DNA from: Escherichia phage Ec_Makalu_003
Sequence record: MN882349.1
Reading direction: 5' to 3' (one strand)
DNA length: 64,000 nucleotides
This document shows positions 35,270 to 44,543 of the stretch, in pieces. Position numbers and translations under genes: made by a program. The notes under the pieces were generated by a model. The model was not told the DNA's origin and ran no database searches. It saw only the letters and a list, made by a program, of their open reading frames with translations. Within the stretch, counting starts at the first letter, position 1; each line of letters starts with the position of its first letter.

Positions 35270-35809
35270 ATGATTGAAGTAATTCATTACACCAAAGAAG
35301 ATGAAATTTTATATAATAGACTACATGAACTATTTTATGAAGTTGATGGAAAGGTTTATAGAAGGTTCTCTCGTGGGCGTTCTAAAGCAGGAAGTCTAGT
35401 TGGTGGATTGAAGATAAATCCGTGTGGATATAGATATTGGAGACTTGCTGTTGATGGTAAAGAGTTTCAGAGGTCTCATGTTGTTTATCATATGCATCAC
35501 GGACACACTCCAAGAAAACCACTACAAATAGATCATATTAACACAAACTCCCTTGACGACCGAGTTAGCAATTTAAGACCAGCAACCGTTACTCAACAAA
35601 TGTACAACCAAAATAAACAATCCGATTGCACATCTTCATATATTGGTGTTAATTGGAATAAAAACTCCAAAAAATGGGAAGCTAGAATTAGAGTTAATGG
35701 AAAACGAATCCGTTTAGGTCTATTTGATAATGAAATTGACGCTGCGATTGCCTATAACACCGCTGCATTATCTAGAGATTCAAAAGTTAACAAATTAAAC
35801 GATGTATGA
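35270..35809 (+). CDS. free-standing HNH homing endonuclease with AP2 DNA-binding domain
   Basis: HNH motif 'HHGHTPRKPLQIDHINTNSLDDRVSNLR'; AP2-like 'YIGVNWNKNSKKWEARIRVNGKRIRLGLFDNEIDAAIAYNTAA'; AT-rich codon usage; start taken at the Met after GAGGGA RBS (track ORF begins 35246). Confidence 0.8.
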   Translation: MIEVIHYTKEDEILYNRLHELFYEVDGKVYRRFSRGRSKAGSLVGGLKINPCGYRYWRLAVDGKEFQRSHVVYHMHHGHTPRKPLQIDHINTNSLDDRVSNLRPATVTQQMYNQNKQSDCTSSYIGVNWNKNSKKWEARIRVNGKRIRLGLFDNEIDAAIAYNTAALSRDSKVNKLNDV

Positions 35810-35824
35810 ATATGGGGGTGTTTA

Positions 35825-36118
35825 ATGGCTGGATTATCCTACGATAAAGCTAAAACTACAGGGCACGGAAACTACCCACCTACGGTAATTAATGCAACTC
35901 AATCTAAGGTATTTGTTGAGGGTATCCCTGTATTAGTCGAAGGAGACCCAATTACACCACATACAAAAACAACAAAACCTTATGATACACACGGGGGAAC
36001 TACGGTCGCCAGTACCCCGAAAGTATTTGTTACCGGAAAGAAAGCAATTCAAATGGCAGATCGTATTAGCTGTGGCGATACCGTCGCTATGGCATCACCG
36101 AAGGTATTCATAAAATGA
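35825..36118 (+). CDS. 5.4: PAAR-repeat spike-tip protein gp5.4
   Basis: 97 aa; PAAR-type repeats. Confidence 0.8.
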   Translation: MAGLSYDKAKTTGHGNYPPTVINATQSKVFVEGIPVLVEGDPITPHTKTTKPYDTHGGTTVASTPKVFVTGKKAIQMADRISCGDTVAMASPKVFIK

Positions 36119-38019
36119 CAAAGCAAAAGATTACACAAATTCCTGATATTTTTAATGCTGCTACATTCGATGAAATTAAAAGCGCATTAACCGACTGGAT
36201 GAGAAACCAGGAAGAATTTAAAGATTTTGATTTTAATGGTGCTGGTATTAACGTATTGATGGACTTGCTCGCATATAACACTCTGTATATTCAGCAATTC
36301 GCCAACGCCGCGCTATATGAATCTTTTATCAGAACGGCAATTAAGCGTAGTTCAGTTGTTCAAGCCGCGCAAGATTTAGGATATTTGCCAGCGAGTAAAA
36401 CTAGTGCATCGACTACAATTATGTTGCATGTTTCCCATCCACGAAATCCGGCAAGTATTCGAATCCCACGAGGGACTAAATTTATTGCAAGTGTGGATCG
36501 CCAGACTTCTTACCCATTTGTTACTACAGAAGACGTTGTGAGCGTTTTAGGTTCAAATGGTTTATATACGCCTATGCTTAAAGTCGCACAAGGTCGTATT
36601 GTTCGTACAGAAATGTTATTTGATCCGAAGAAACAAATTCTGATCCGTGACCCTGATATTGACCGCGCTCAGGTTAAATTGTGGGTGGACGGTGCTGAAT
36701 GGAAAGACTGGACACGAGAAAGTATTGTTAATGCAACTGGCGCAAGCAATATTTTCTATATGCGTGAAACCGTAGACGGACATACAGAAATTTTCTTTGG
36801 TGAAGGTGAATCAACCTTATCTGCGGCTGGCGGGGCGCTGGAAGCAAATTATATTGGTGGACTTAAGCCGTCAACTGGCGCTAATATTGTTATCGAATAT
36901 ATCAGCACTAAGGGCGCGGAAGCAAACGGTTCAGTTAATTTCACATACGCGGATACCCTTGCATCTATCTCTATTGTTAAAATTATTGAGAATCCGACAA
37001 ATGATCGTGATTATGTCGGTGCAGATGGTGGTGGTGATCCTGAATCAATCGAACGTATCCGTGAACTTGCTCCGGTAATGCGTGAATCTCAGCGTCGTTG
37101 TGTAACTGCTTCCGACTACGAGGCTTTTGTTTCTAGCCGTTTTGGTAGTATTGTTCAGGCGGTACAATGTTTCACCGACCGAGAGAAACCGGGTTATGCT
37201 TTTGTTGCTGTTAAGCCTAAATCTGGATTGCGCTTGACAACTGTTCAAAAAGAAGATATGCGCGATTATCTGGCAAAATATAATCTTGCCCCTATCACAC
37301 CGAGCATCATTGACCCTAACTATCTGTATATTAAACAGAATATTAAAGTTTCCTATTCAATCAACGACTTGTCAGAATCAGAGCAGTGGTTGCGTGGTGC
37401 GGTCATTGATCAGATTGATGCATATTACACCGACGAAGTGGAAATTTTTAACCAGACCTTTAGTAAGTCTAAAATGCTTGCGCGCATCGACAAAGCTGAT
37501 GTATCTGTGATAGGTTCTAGTGCAGAAATCGAGATGGTGCGAGAGATCGACAACTTCTATAAAGCACCGATGGCTGGAATCAAGTTTTTAAACCAGTATA
37601 AGAGCGGAATCAAGTCTAGTTCATTCAACTTCGAAAAGGACGACAAGCAATATCCGATCCATTATGTAAGTACAGAAATGAACAAAGAATCCGGTTTAGC
37701 TAAATTGCTGGTTGGACCTTTCCCTGTTGGTTCTGCAATCGCTTTACCGCACTATTCCGGCACTGATTTTGATAAAGAGGTTATCGACGGTGCGGACCTA
37801 TACTTTGAGGTTGGAGAGGTTCAGCATTATGACGACCTTATTTCATGGGATCTGGGTAAACTGAATATCAATAGCGATCGCTTTACTGGTTCATATATTG
37901 AGTTGACAGCTAAACCGATTGCTGATAACATCTTTACTAAAGACGGTTCTTTGATCGTGTTTGAAAACGATCTCCGTCCTCAGTACACAACTATTAGTCT
38001 GGAGGCAATTGCTCAATGA
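36115..38019 (+). CDS. 6: baseplate wedge protein gp6
   Basis: 634 aa; canonical order. Confidence 0.85.
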   Translation: MTKQKITQIPDIFNAATFDEIKSALTDWMRNQEEFKDFDFNGAGINVLMDLLAYNTLYIQQFANAALYESFIRTAIKRSSVVQAAQDLGYLPASKTSASTTIMLHVSHPRNPASIRIPRGTKFIASVDRQTSYPFVTTEDVVSVLGSNGLYTPMLKVAQGRIVRTEMLFDPKKQILIRDPDIDRAQVKLWVDGAEWKDWTRESIVNATGASNIFYMRETVDGHTEIFFGEGESTLSAAGGALEANYIGGLKPSTGANIVIEYISTKGAEANGSVNFTYADTLASISIVKIIENPTNDRDYVGADGGGDPESIERIRELAPVMRESQRRCVTASDYEAFVSSRFGSIVQAVQCFTDREKPGYAFVAVKPKSGLRLTTVQKEDMRDYLAKYNLAPITPSIIDPNYLYIKQNIKVSYSINDLSESEQWLRGAVIDQIDAYYTDEVEIFNQTFSKSKMLARIDKADVSVIGSSAEIEMVREIDNFYKAPMAGIKFLNQYKSGIKSSSFNFEKDDKQYPIHYVSTEMNKESGLAKLLVGPFPVGSAIALPHYSGTDFDKEVIDGADLYFEVGEVQHYDDLISWDLGKLNINSDRFTGSYIELTAKPIADNIFTKDGSLIVFENDLRPQYTTISLEAIAQ

Positions 38020-41000
38020 TTAAAGCGCCTAGTGTAACTAGCTTGACAATAGAAAAATTGTCTGCTAATCAGGCGTATATCACATGGGATGACGTAGGCG
38101 AAAACTTCTTTTATTTTGTAGAGTTAGCCGAAACCAGAACACGAGACGGGGAGATCATCCCCGTCGATGAGTTAAGCTGGGTAAACCTGGGATATACTGC
38201 CGATCAAAACTGGTTTGAGGATAAAAACCTTTTTCCAGAATATTATTACAAGTTTCGTGTAGCAGTAGCCGCAGAAGGATTCGAACAAAGTAAATGGATT
38301 GAAACCGAAGAGTTTCAGACATTTAAGACAAACGCATATAATTTTTCTATGATGCGAGAGTTCAACCTTGCAAACGAGTTTATAAAGGAAAAATTTACAT
38401 ACGATAATAGAGAGTATGTCAAGTTTAATACTGACCTGATTCAAGCATCATTGATGAAGGAAGATTTTGTCTTTAGTCCTGAATATGCAAACATGACCAA
38501 TATCTCAAACTACATTGTAGTTGATGAGAACTTTCATGAAATACAGGACCACATAGAAAAAGTTTGTACTGATATAAACCGCACGATGTTAGCGGAAATG
38601 AACGGTGTTTTGTACCTTTTCGAACGGTTCCAGCCGATCGTGAAAGTGTCAAATGATAAAGGTCAATCATGGAAAGCATACAAGGCTTTTAATGACCGTG
38701 TAGGCAATCCGGTTTCCCGTACATGCGTTTATCAGTCTAAAACCACTACTTACGTTTTAGGATATGACCGAATCTTTTACGGACGACAAGCGAGCGATAC
38801 TAGATGGAGCGCGGACGATGTTCGATTTAGTGATGATACGATCACTTTTGCAAAGGTTGGTGACGAAAACGACTTAGGGTTTGATGTTGAGGTCTTTGGT
38901 GTATTTTCCAGATTAACAGGTGATACCACAAAATACGCCGAAGCTATGGCGTGCAGTGATGACTATTTGTGGGTTGGTGCTAAGGATGTTATTCGCCGGA
39001 TTCGTCTTAAGAATACTCCAGTTGATACCGTTCAGGGTTCGCCTACATTTGGGGAAAAGATATTTGACCCTGATATTATCCGAGTAACAGGAAATGACAA
39101 AGCTGTTATTCAGAAAATGGATGTTGTTGACGGAAAATTACTGGTATTTGTTACGGGTGAAGTTAAACAGCGTTATCAAGATCCGACCAAACCAGAAAAC
39201 GTTGTACCGTCAGATGATGCTGGTGTATACTTAATAGGGAGTGATGGTCTGTCTTTTCAGAGAGTATTTGGCAACACTCCGCAGGAAAGGGAATATATTC
39301 AGCACGGGTTCAGTAATATGTCAACCAATGGTGATGAGGTGTTCATAAGCCATTATAATCATCACTTCGAAAGCATTTTACCTGATCCAGAAACTGCCGC
39401 AAAATATGAATTAGGCGAAGCTGTGAAATATTCTCAGGAGCCAACTTATCTAACTGATAAGAAAATACATCAAACGACTTTCAGAGCAAGTTATGATGAT
39501 TTGCGTATTTGGGAGTTAGGACCGCAAGCGTATTATAATGAGGCTGATTATACATGGATGCGTCGAAACGGTGTCCGTGTGTGGATCACAAATGATAATC
39601 GCCCGTTGGTTGTTTATCCAGAGGTTATCTATACCCAAGAAGTTGATACATCTGGCATTCTTGACCAAAATAGGGTCAACCGAGAAGTTTATGATAAAGG
39701 GACCGTGACCTGTTATCTTAACAATGTTAAATTTGAAGGGTTCAAACAATATGCATCCGGTGTAATGTTCCATAAAAACACGGGAGAGATCATTGGATTC
39801 TATCAATTTAATTATCGTGTTCGTGACCAAGTTGGTGTATATTGGAAACCTACAAATGTAGCATTTGTTGCTGAATTACAAAATCAGGTTCGAGAGGTTC
39901 CCTGGGTTCCTGTTCATTATGACAGAGAGCAAGACCCAGATTTACGGCCTTTACTGAATAAGATGACCCCGGATAGCTTTTTGCTTGAGAACGAAAATTT
40001 CAGAAAATTCTCTGAATATTATCTGCAATTCTTAAGTGATGGTTCAGGAACATATTATAATAAACTAAAAAATCTGATTAAAAACAAATACCCACGCGAG
40101 CAAGATGCATATGAGTATCTTTGGTCAGAGATGAACAAACGAAACATCTATGCAGATAAAAACAAGCGAGATGCGGTAGTAAGATTCTTCGAATCCCGCA
40201 AATCAGATTTTTATTCCACTAAGGGCGTGGAGGCTTCTTATAAGTTCTTGTTTAAGTTACTTTATAATGAAGATGTGGAAATTGAGGTTGAATCGCAAGC
40301 CGGACTAGAGTATGATATTGTTGTTAGTTCAACGAACATTGACGAGGATATCGTAGGTCGCACGATCTATACTCCAACCGGACGGGCTAACGTGACGTAT
40401 CTTGAAAGGGAATATGAAGGTGGTCGCCTACGCTGGCGAGTAACCATTCATAACCTGATCGGGCGGTTCGAAGAAGGTCAAGTGATCAAATCAGAGAAAA
40501 CAGCGTTTGAAGGGATGATCCTTGTTGGTGTACGTGGTAAAGAGTTGTTGAGTAGTTCAATCGACTATATCAACCGCTCACGAAGCCAATACACCATGAA
40601 GATTAAAAGTGCATTACCAGTTTCGCGCTATGCAAATGATGTAATGCGATTCGTTCATCCTGTCGGCTTTGGGTTTATCGGTGTTACCCTGCTTACGATG
40701 TTCATTAACAGCGGGTTGAGCATGAAGCACACCGAGACTATAATTCAATCTCTGAAAAATTATAAGTTTGACAGCGGATTGCCTAGCGTGTATCCTGATC
40801 GGGTGGCAGACCTTGACGTTGACGGAAACATTAAGAAAGACCCGCTTACCGGAAAAGCATTATATTTGACTTCACCTTTAATCGGTGAAGAATTTCCGGT
40901 TCCTCCTGAATATGATCAGGAGAACAGCGAATTGTTCCACGGACTTAAAGCAAGCGAACGAAGATTTGCAATGAGTCCACTGTTTGACCAGTCGGCGGTA

Positions 41001-41102
41001 TCATTCTCTATGTTCCGTGAACTTGTAGATAAACGGTTGAAGGATAATATAGGGAATCCACGCGATCCGAAGAATCCGACACAGAGGAAAATTAATGGCT
41101 AA
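38016..41102 (+). CDS. 7: baseplate wedge protein gp7
   Basis: 1028 aa (T4 gp7 is about 1032). Confidence 0.85.
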   Translation: MIKAPSVTSLTIEKLSANQAYITWDDVGENFFYFVELAETRTRDGEIIPVDELSWVNLGYTADQNWFEDKNLFPEYYYKFRVAVAAEGFEQSKWIETEEFQTFKTNAYNFSMMREFNLANEFIKEKFTYDNREYVKFNTDLIQASLMKEDFVFSPEYANMTNISNYIVVDENFHEIQDHIEKVCTDINRTMLAEMNGVLYLFERFQPIVKVSNDKGQSWKAYKAFNDRVGNPVSRTCVYQSKTTTYVLGYDRIFYGRQASDTRWSADDVRFSDDTITFAKVGDENDLGFDVEVFGVFSRLTGDTTKYAEAMACSDDYLWVGAKDVIRRIRLKNTPVDTVQGSPTFGEKIFDPDIIRVTGNDKAVIQKMDVVDGKLLVFVTGEVKQRYQDPTKPENVVPSDDAGVYLIGSDGLSFQRVFGNTPQEREYIQHGFSNMSTNGDEVFISHYNHHFESILPDPETAAKYELGEAVKYSQEPTYLTDKKIHQTTFRASYDDLRIWELGPQAYYNEADYTWMRRNGVRVWITNDNRPLVVYPEVIYTQEVDTSGILDQNRVNREVYDKGTVTCYLNNVKFEGFKQYASGVMFHKNTGEIIGFYQFNYRVRDQVGVYWKPTNVAFVAELQNQVREVPWVPVHYDREQDPDLRPLLNKMTPDSFLLENENFRKFSEYYLQFLSDGSGTYYNKLKNLIKNKYPREQDAYEYLWSEMNKRNIYADKNKRDAVVRFFESRKSDFYSTKGVEASYKFLFKLLYNEDVEIEVESQAGLEYDIVVSSTNIDEDIVGRTIYTPTGRANVTYLEREYEGGRLRWRVTIHNLIGRFEEGQVIKSEKTAFEGMILVGVRGKELLSSSIDYINRSRSQYTMKIKSALPVSRYANDVMRFVHPVGFGFIGVTLLTMFINSGLSMKHTETIIQSLKNYKFDSGLPSVYPDRVADLDVDGNIKKDPLTGKALYLTSPLIGEEFPVPPEYDQENSELFHGLKASERRFAMSPLFDQSAVSFSMFRELVDKRLKDNIGNPRDPKNPTQRKING

Positions 41103-42090
41103 TGAAAATAGTGTGATCTATCGCTCAATCATTACTAGTAAATTCAGAACGGAAAAACTTCTGAATTTCTATAATTCTGTAGGCGATGGGGCAAATCAAA
41201 TTACAATTTATGGAACGTTTGGACGTTCGGAGCCGTGGTCAGAAAACGAAAAAGAGGTGGGCTTTGCCCCACCTTATCCGACCGATTCAACGGCTGGTGT
41301 TGTTGACATGTGGACCCATATGATGGGGGCGGTTAAGATTAATAAATCACTTCTTGATGCGGTTATCCCTCGTAAAGATTGGGGTGATACCGGACAGGAT
41401 AACCCGCGCACATTCTTTATCAATGACATTGTTGTTGTCAACTCAGCACCATATAACCGAACTGATGTTGGTAGCGGCTGGATGGTGTATCGCGTAACCG
41501 ATGTTCCTGATCGCGGTTACTGCTCGATTTCAAGCATTGACGCTAAAGTCGAGTGTTTGAAGTTGGGCGGAAAGTGGACACCTACTCATGAATCAATCGC
41601 GCCACCTGTAGGAAAGGGCGATTCTATTGATATGGGTGATGGGTATCGTTGGGAATATCTGTACACAATTCCACCTGATGCGGCGATCAACCGTTGCACC
41701 AATGAACATATTGTTGTACCGTTCCCCGATGAACTGCGACAAGATCCGGCGCGCTGGGGCTACGACAATGTGATCACATGGTATAATGACTATAATCTGC
41801 TTTATCGGCTGAAAGTAGTAACTTTGCGTTTTCAGGCTTATATGGACTCTGCGCAATTCCCAACTACCGCGTTAGTGGGTAATACTGGTTTCCGTCAGTT
41901 AAGCATTATCCTTAACCCATTGGAAAAGAAAGCACGCCCTAGCGATCCAGACGTTAAAGCGGTTCAAGATAAGTACCGTCCGCAAGACTTAGAGCCACAC
42001 TCAGGCGAAATGATCTACATGGAAAACCGACAACCTATCGTTCGGTCATTAGATCAAACAGAACTTGTTTCTGTACTGTTTGAGTTCTAA
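41095..42090 (+). CDS. 8: baseplate wedge protein gp8
   Basis: 331 aa; canonical order. Confidence 0.85.
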   Translation: MANENSVIYRSIITSKFRTEKLLNFYNSVGDGANQITIYGTFGRSEPWSENEKEVGFAPPYPTDSTAGVVDMWTHMMGAVKINKSLLDAVIPRKDWGDTGQDNPRTFFINDIVVVNSAPYNRTDVGSGWMVYRVTDVPDRGYCSISSIDAKVECLKLGGKWTPTHESIAPPVGKGDSIDMGDGYRWEYLYTIPPDAAINRCTNEHIVVPFPDELRQDPARWGYDNVITWYNDYNLLYRLKVVTLRFQAYMDSAQFPTTALVGNTGFRQLSIILNPLEKKARPSDPDVKAVQDKYRPQDLEPHSGEMIYMENRQPIVRSLDQTELVSVLFEF

Positions 42091-42103
42091 GTGTATGATT
42101 TAA

Positions 42104-42131
42104 AAGCCAATTCGAGAGAGTTGGCTTTTTC
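42104..42131 (+). terminator. rho-independent terminator after gene 8
   Basis: AAGCCAA..TTGGCTT hairpin followed by TTTTT. Confidence 0.6.
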
Positions 42132-42142
42132 TATTTTGGGTG

Positions 42143-42170
42143 TTGACAATCTTGTCTGATAAGGTATAAT
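42143..42170 (+). promoter_or_regulatory. near-consensus sigma70 promoter driving the cassette
   Basis: TTGACA (42143-42148), 16-nt spacer, TATAAT (42165-42170); GGAGG RBS follows. Confidence 0.65.
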
Positions 42171-42199
42171 GCTCACATCTAAACAACGGAGGATAAATT

Positions 42200-42457
42200 A
42201 TGGCACGTCGTAAATTTACAGATAATTGTGAAGCAATTCAGGTATCCCCTTGCGGTTGGGATGTGATCGCGAAAGGTGAAAAGATCGGAGAGATCATCGA
42301 TCATACTCATTCATCACTAGCCGATTACACCGATGAACTGTGGGAGGGTATCAACTTCATGAATGACACTAAACGATTCAAGACTATCGACGAAGCTATC
42401 TATTTTGTGTATAATCCAACTTTCGGTATGTGGACTGATAGAAAATGGCACGCGTAA
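42200..42457 (+). CDS. cassette protein 1, unknown function
   Basis: 85 aa; begins MAR; ends '..MWTDRKWHA'. Confidence 0.55.
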   Translation: MARRKFTDNCEAIQVSPCGWDVIAKGEKIGEIIDHTHSSLADYTDELWEGINFMNDTKRFKTIDEAIYFVYNPTFGMWTDRKWHA

Positions 42458-42774
42458 ATATTAAACGGCATTATACAATGGGTAAACCAAAACATCCAAT
42501 GCATAAAGTGTTTTGGGGCTTACATCTTCAAGAAAAATGGCATGATAACTATTGGTTTTGTGACCATGATAAGAAGTGGCATTCTCAAGATGAAGTTAAT
42601 GCGATGATGGAACAGGGTATAAAGTTTAATTACTCTAATTATGACCATAGCATTACTTGTATTCGAAAATTGAAACGGTTTATTCGAAAGAATCCACAAT
42701 TTAAAAACTTTGTGTTCTTTATGTCTCATGTTTATTTGGGGCATAGCGTTACCGTAACAGCAAAGGTTAAATAA
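42445..42774 (+). CDS. cassette protein 2, Trp/His-rich, unknown function
   Basis: 109 aa; 'EKWHDNYWFCDHDKKWH' repeats the W..KWH motif. Confidence 0.55.
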   Translation: MARVNIKRHYTMGKPKHPMHKVFWGLHLQEKWHDNYWFCDHDKKWHSQDEVNAMMEQGIKFNYSNYDHSITCIRKLKRFIRKNPQFKNFVFFMSHVYLGHSVTVTAKVK

Positions 42775-43613
42775 TGGCACGACTTTCCAAACAAGAACAA
42801 AAATTACACGATCGGGCAATGGAGCTAATCAATTCAGACCGCCCATTGACATATGAAGAAAAGGAGTTTTGCTATAATAACTATCATGGAGATGGTCTAG
42901 GTGGTTCCGGTGCATTCTTTACCCCAGAGGGGCTTGCGTGGGATTTTACCATTGACGCACACTGCACCGGAAAAGTATTAGATTTGTGTGCTGGGATCGG
43001 TCGCTTATCTTTCTGTATGTTACATCGATGCAGACCAGAAAAGATCGTATGCGTCGAACTCAATCCAGAATTTTCGCGGATTGGCAAGCGACTATTACCG
43101 GAGGCAGAATGGATCACCAGCGATATATTCGAATTTGAGTCAAACGAAAAATTCGATGTGGTGATCAGCAATCCACCTTTCGGTAAAATCAATACAACCG
43201 ACACAAAGGATGTATTTGAATACACAGGCGGCGAATTTGAATTTAAGGTTATGACGTTAGGCCAGAAGTTTTCCGATGTAGGTTATTTTATTGTTCCTTC
43301 TGGTTCCGCTGGGTTTGCGTATTCTGGTAGACCTTATTATGATGGATCAGTGAAGTCTAATAAATATCTAAAGTGGAGCAAACAAACTGGCCTTGTGACT
43401 TATGCCGGATGTGGGATCGATACATCAATTTATCGCGATGAATGGCACTGCACCAACGTTTTAACAGAAGTGGTTGAGGTTCGGTATTACGAGAAAGAAG
43501 CCGTAGAAGCGCCTAAATCGCGTCCTAACGAACAAATAGAAGAAAGTAAGGAGATTACCTTACCAGAACAGGAAAGCGAGTCTGGGACGCTCTCAGACTT
43601 GTTTGACATTTAA
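42774..43613 (+). CDS. amino-methyltransferase, probably gamma-class N6-adenine DNA methyltransferase
   Basis: 279 aa; motif X 'FFTPE', motif I 'VLDLCAGIGRL', motif IV 'ISNPPFGK' in that order. Confidence 0.7.
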   Translation: MARLSKQEQKLHDRAMELINSDRPLTYEEKEFCYNNYHGDGLGGSGAFFTPEGLAWDFTIDAHCTGKVLDLCAGIGRLSFCMLHRCRPEKIVCVELNPEFSRIGKRLLPEAEWITSDIFEFESNEKFDVVISNPPFGKINTTDTKDVFEYTGGEFEFKVMTLGQKFSDVGYFIVPSGSAGFAYSGRPYYDGSVKSNKYLKWSKQTGLVTYAGCGIDTSIYRDEWHCTNVLTEVVEVRYYEKEAVEAPKSRPNEQIEESKEITLPEQESESGTLSDLFDI

Positions 43614-43616
43614 TTA

Positions 43617-43646
43617 AAAGCCGTCCTTGTGGGCGGCTTTTTTGTA
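43617..43646 (+). terminator. rho-independent terminator after cassette
   Basis: GCCGTCC..GGGCGGC hairpin followed by TTTTTT. Confidence 0.6.
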
Positions 43647-43653
43647 TGTATTT

Positions 43654-43661
43654 TATAAATA
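43654..43661 (+). promoter_or_regulatory. late promoter (TATAAATA) for gene 9
   Basis: exact TATAAATA about 28 nt upstream of the gene 9 ATG. Confidence 0.6.
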
Positions 43662-43688
43662 ATACATCATAACATGAGGAATTAAACA

Positions 43689-44543
43689 ATGGCACAAGTT
43701 CCAAAGAAAAGAATAGACACAGGTACTGTCGGCAATCCATCGACTGGCGATATCTTATATGATGGCGGTAATAAAATTAACGATAACTTTGATTCAATAT
43801 ATGACGCATTTGCTGATCAGCGGTTTAAAGACGTAGACCACGGCGTGGGAAGAATGGTTATTCATGCAACCGGATACTATCAGAAGCATCCACGTCAAAG
43901 CTACGCTGGTTCCGCTGTTGAGATTGGGAGTCTACACGATATCGATACAACTCAAGGCGCACTTATTGCTATTCTACCTAAAGCAAAGGTCGGCGAGGGT
44001 GTTGTATTCATAAATAGTAACGGTAGCCTTTCAACGACTACACCGCTCAATATTCGAACTCAAGCAGGTGATTCTATTAGCGGGTATTCTGGTGATGCTA
44101 CAATAACACAACCATTTTCAAAAGTCACTGTTTGGTGTACTGCCGTTGAAGGTAGTCGCGTAACGTGGCGATTGGGTATCGAAAGTATGTTTACCGATAC
44201 AACAACGCCATTGGATAAAACAGTTAACGTAACTGGAGTAGCAACAAACGTTGCTATTGCCGCAAAAACAGAATACGTTTCCATCAAATTATTAACTACC
44301 GCTAGCAATACATCCGGTTCAAAAATGCGTTCAAGTGAAACGCTACTGATGATTGATTCTAAAGCCGGAAAAGTTTATGCGACGGAATATGCAGTTTTGC
44401 AGAAGACAGAAGATGAACTATACACGGTTCGTTATTTCATCGGTTCCGGCGATAAAGTATATGCAGAGTATAAGGCTACTGGCGAAAATATTCGTTTAGC
44501 AGTTAAAGCCGTAGACACTATTAAAATCGGGGTTGCTACATGA
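43689..44543 (+). CDS. 9: baseplate wedge / long-tail-fibre socket protein gp9
   Basis: 284 aa; 'GNPSTGDILYDGGNKIN' N-terminus. Confidence 0.85.
   Translation: MAQVPKKRIDTGTVGNPSTGDILYDGGNKINDNFDSIYDAFADQRFKDVDHGVGRMVIHATGYYQKHPRQSYAGSAVEIGSLHDIDTTQGALIAILPKAKVGEGVVFINSNGSLSTTTPLNIRTQAGDSISGYSGDATITQPFSKVTVWCTAVEGSRVTWRLGIESMFTDTTTPLDKTVNVTGVATNVAIAAKTEYVSIKLLTTASNTSGSKMRSSETLLMIDSKAGKVYATEYAVLQKTEDELYTVRYFIGSGDKVYAEYKATGENIRLAVKAVDTIKIGVAT

Larger units (their letters stand above)
42104..43646 (+). mobile_element. inserted three-gene cassette (moron-like) between genes 8 and 9
   Basis: bounded by terminators, has its own near-consensus sigma70 promoter, and interrupts the otherwise contiguous 8-9 junction. 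Confidence 0.6.
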
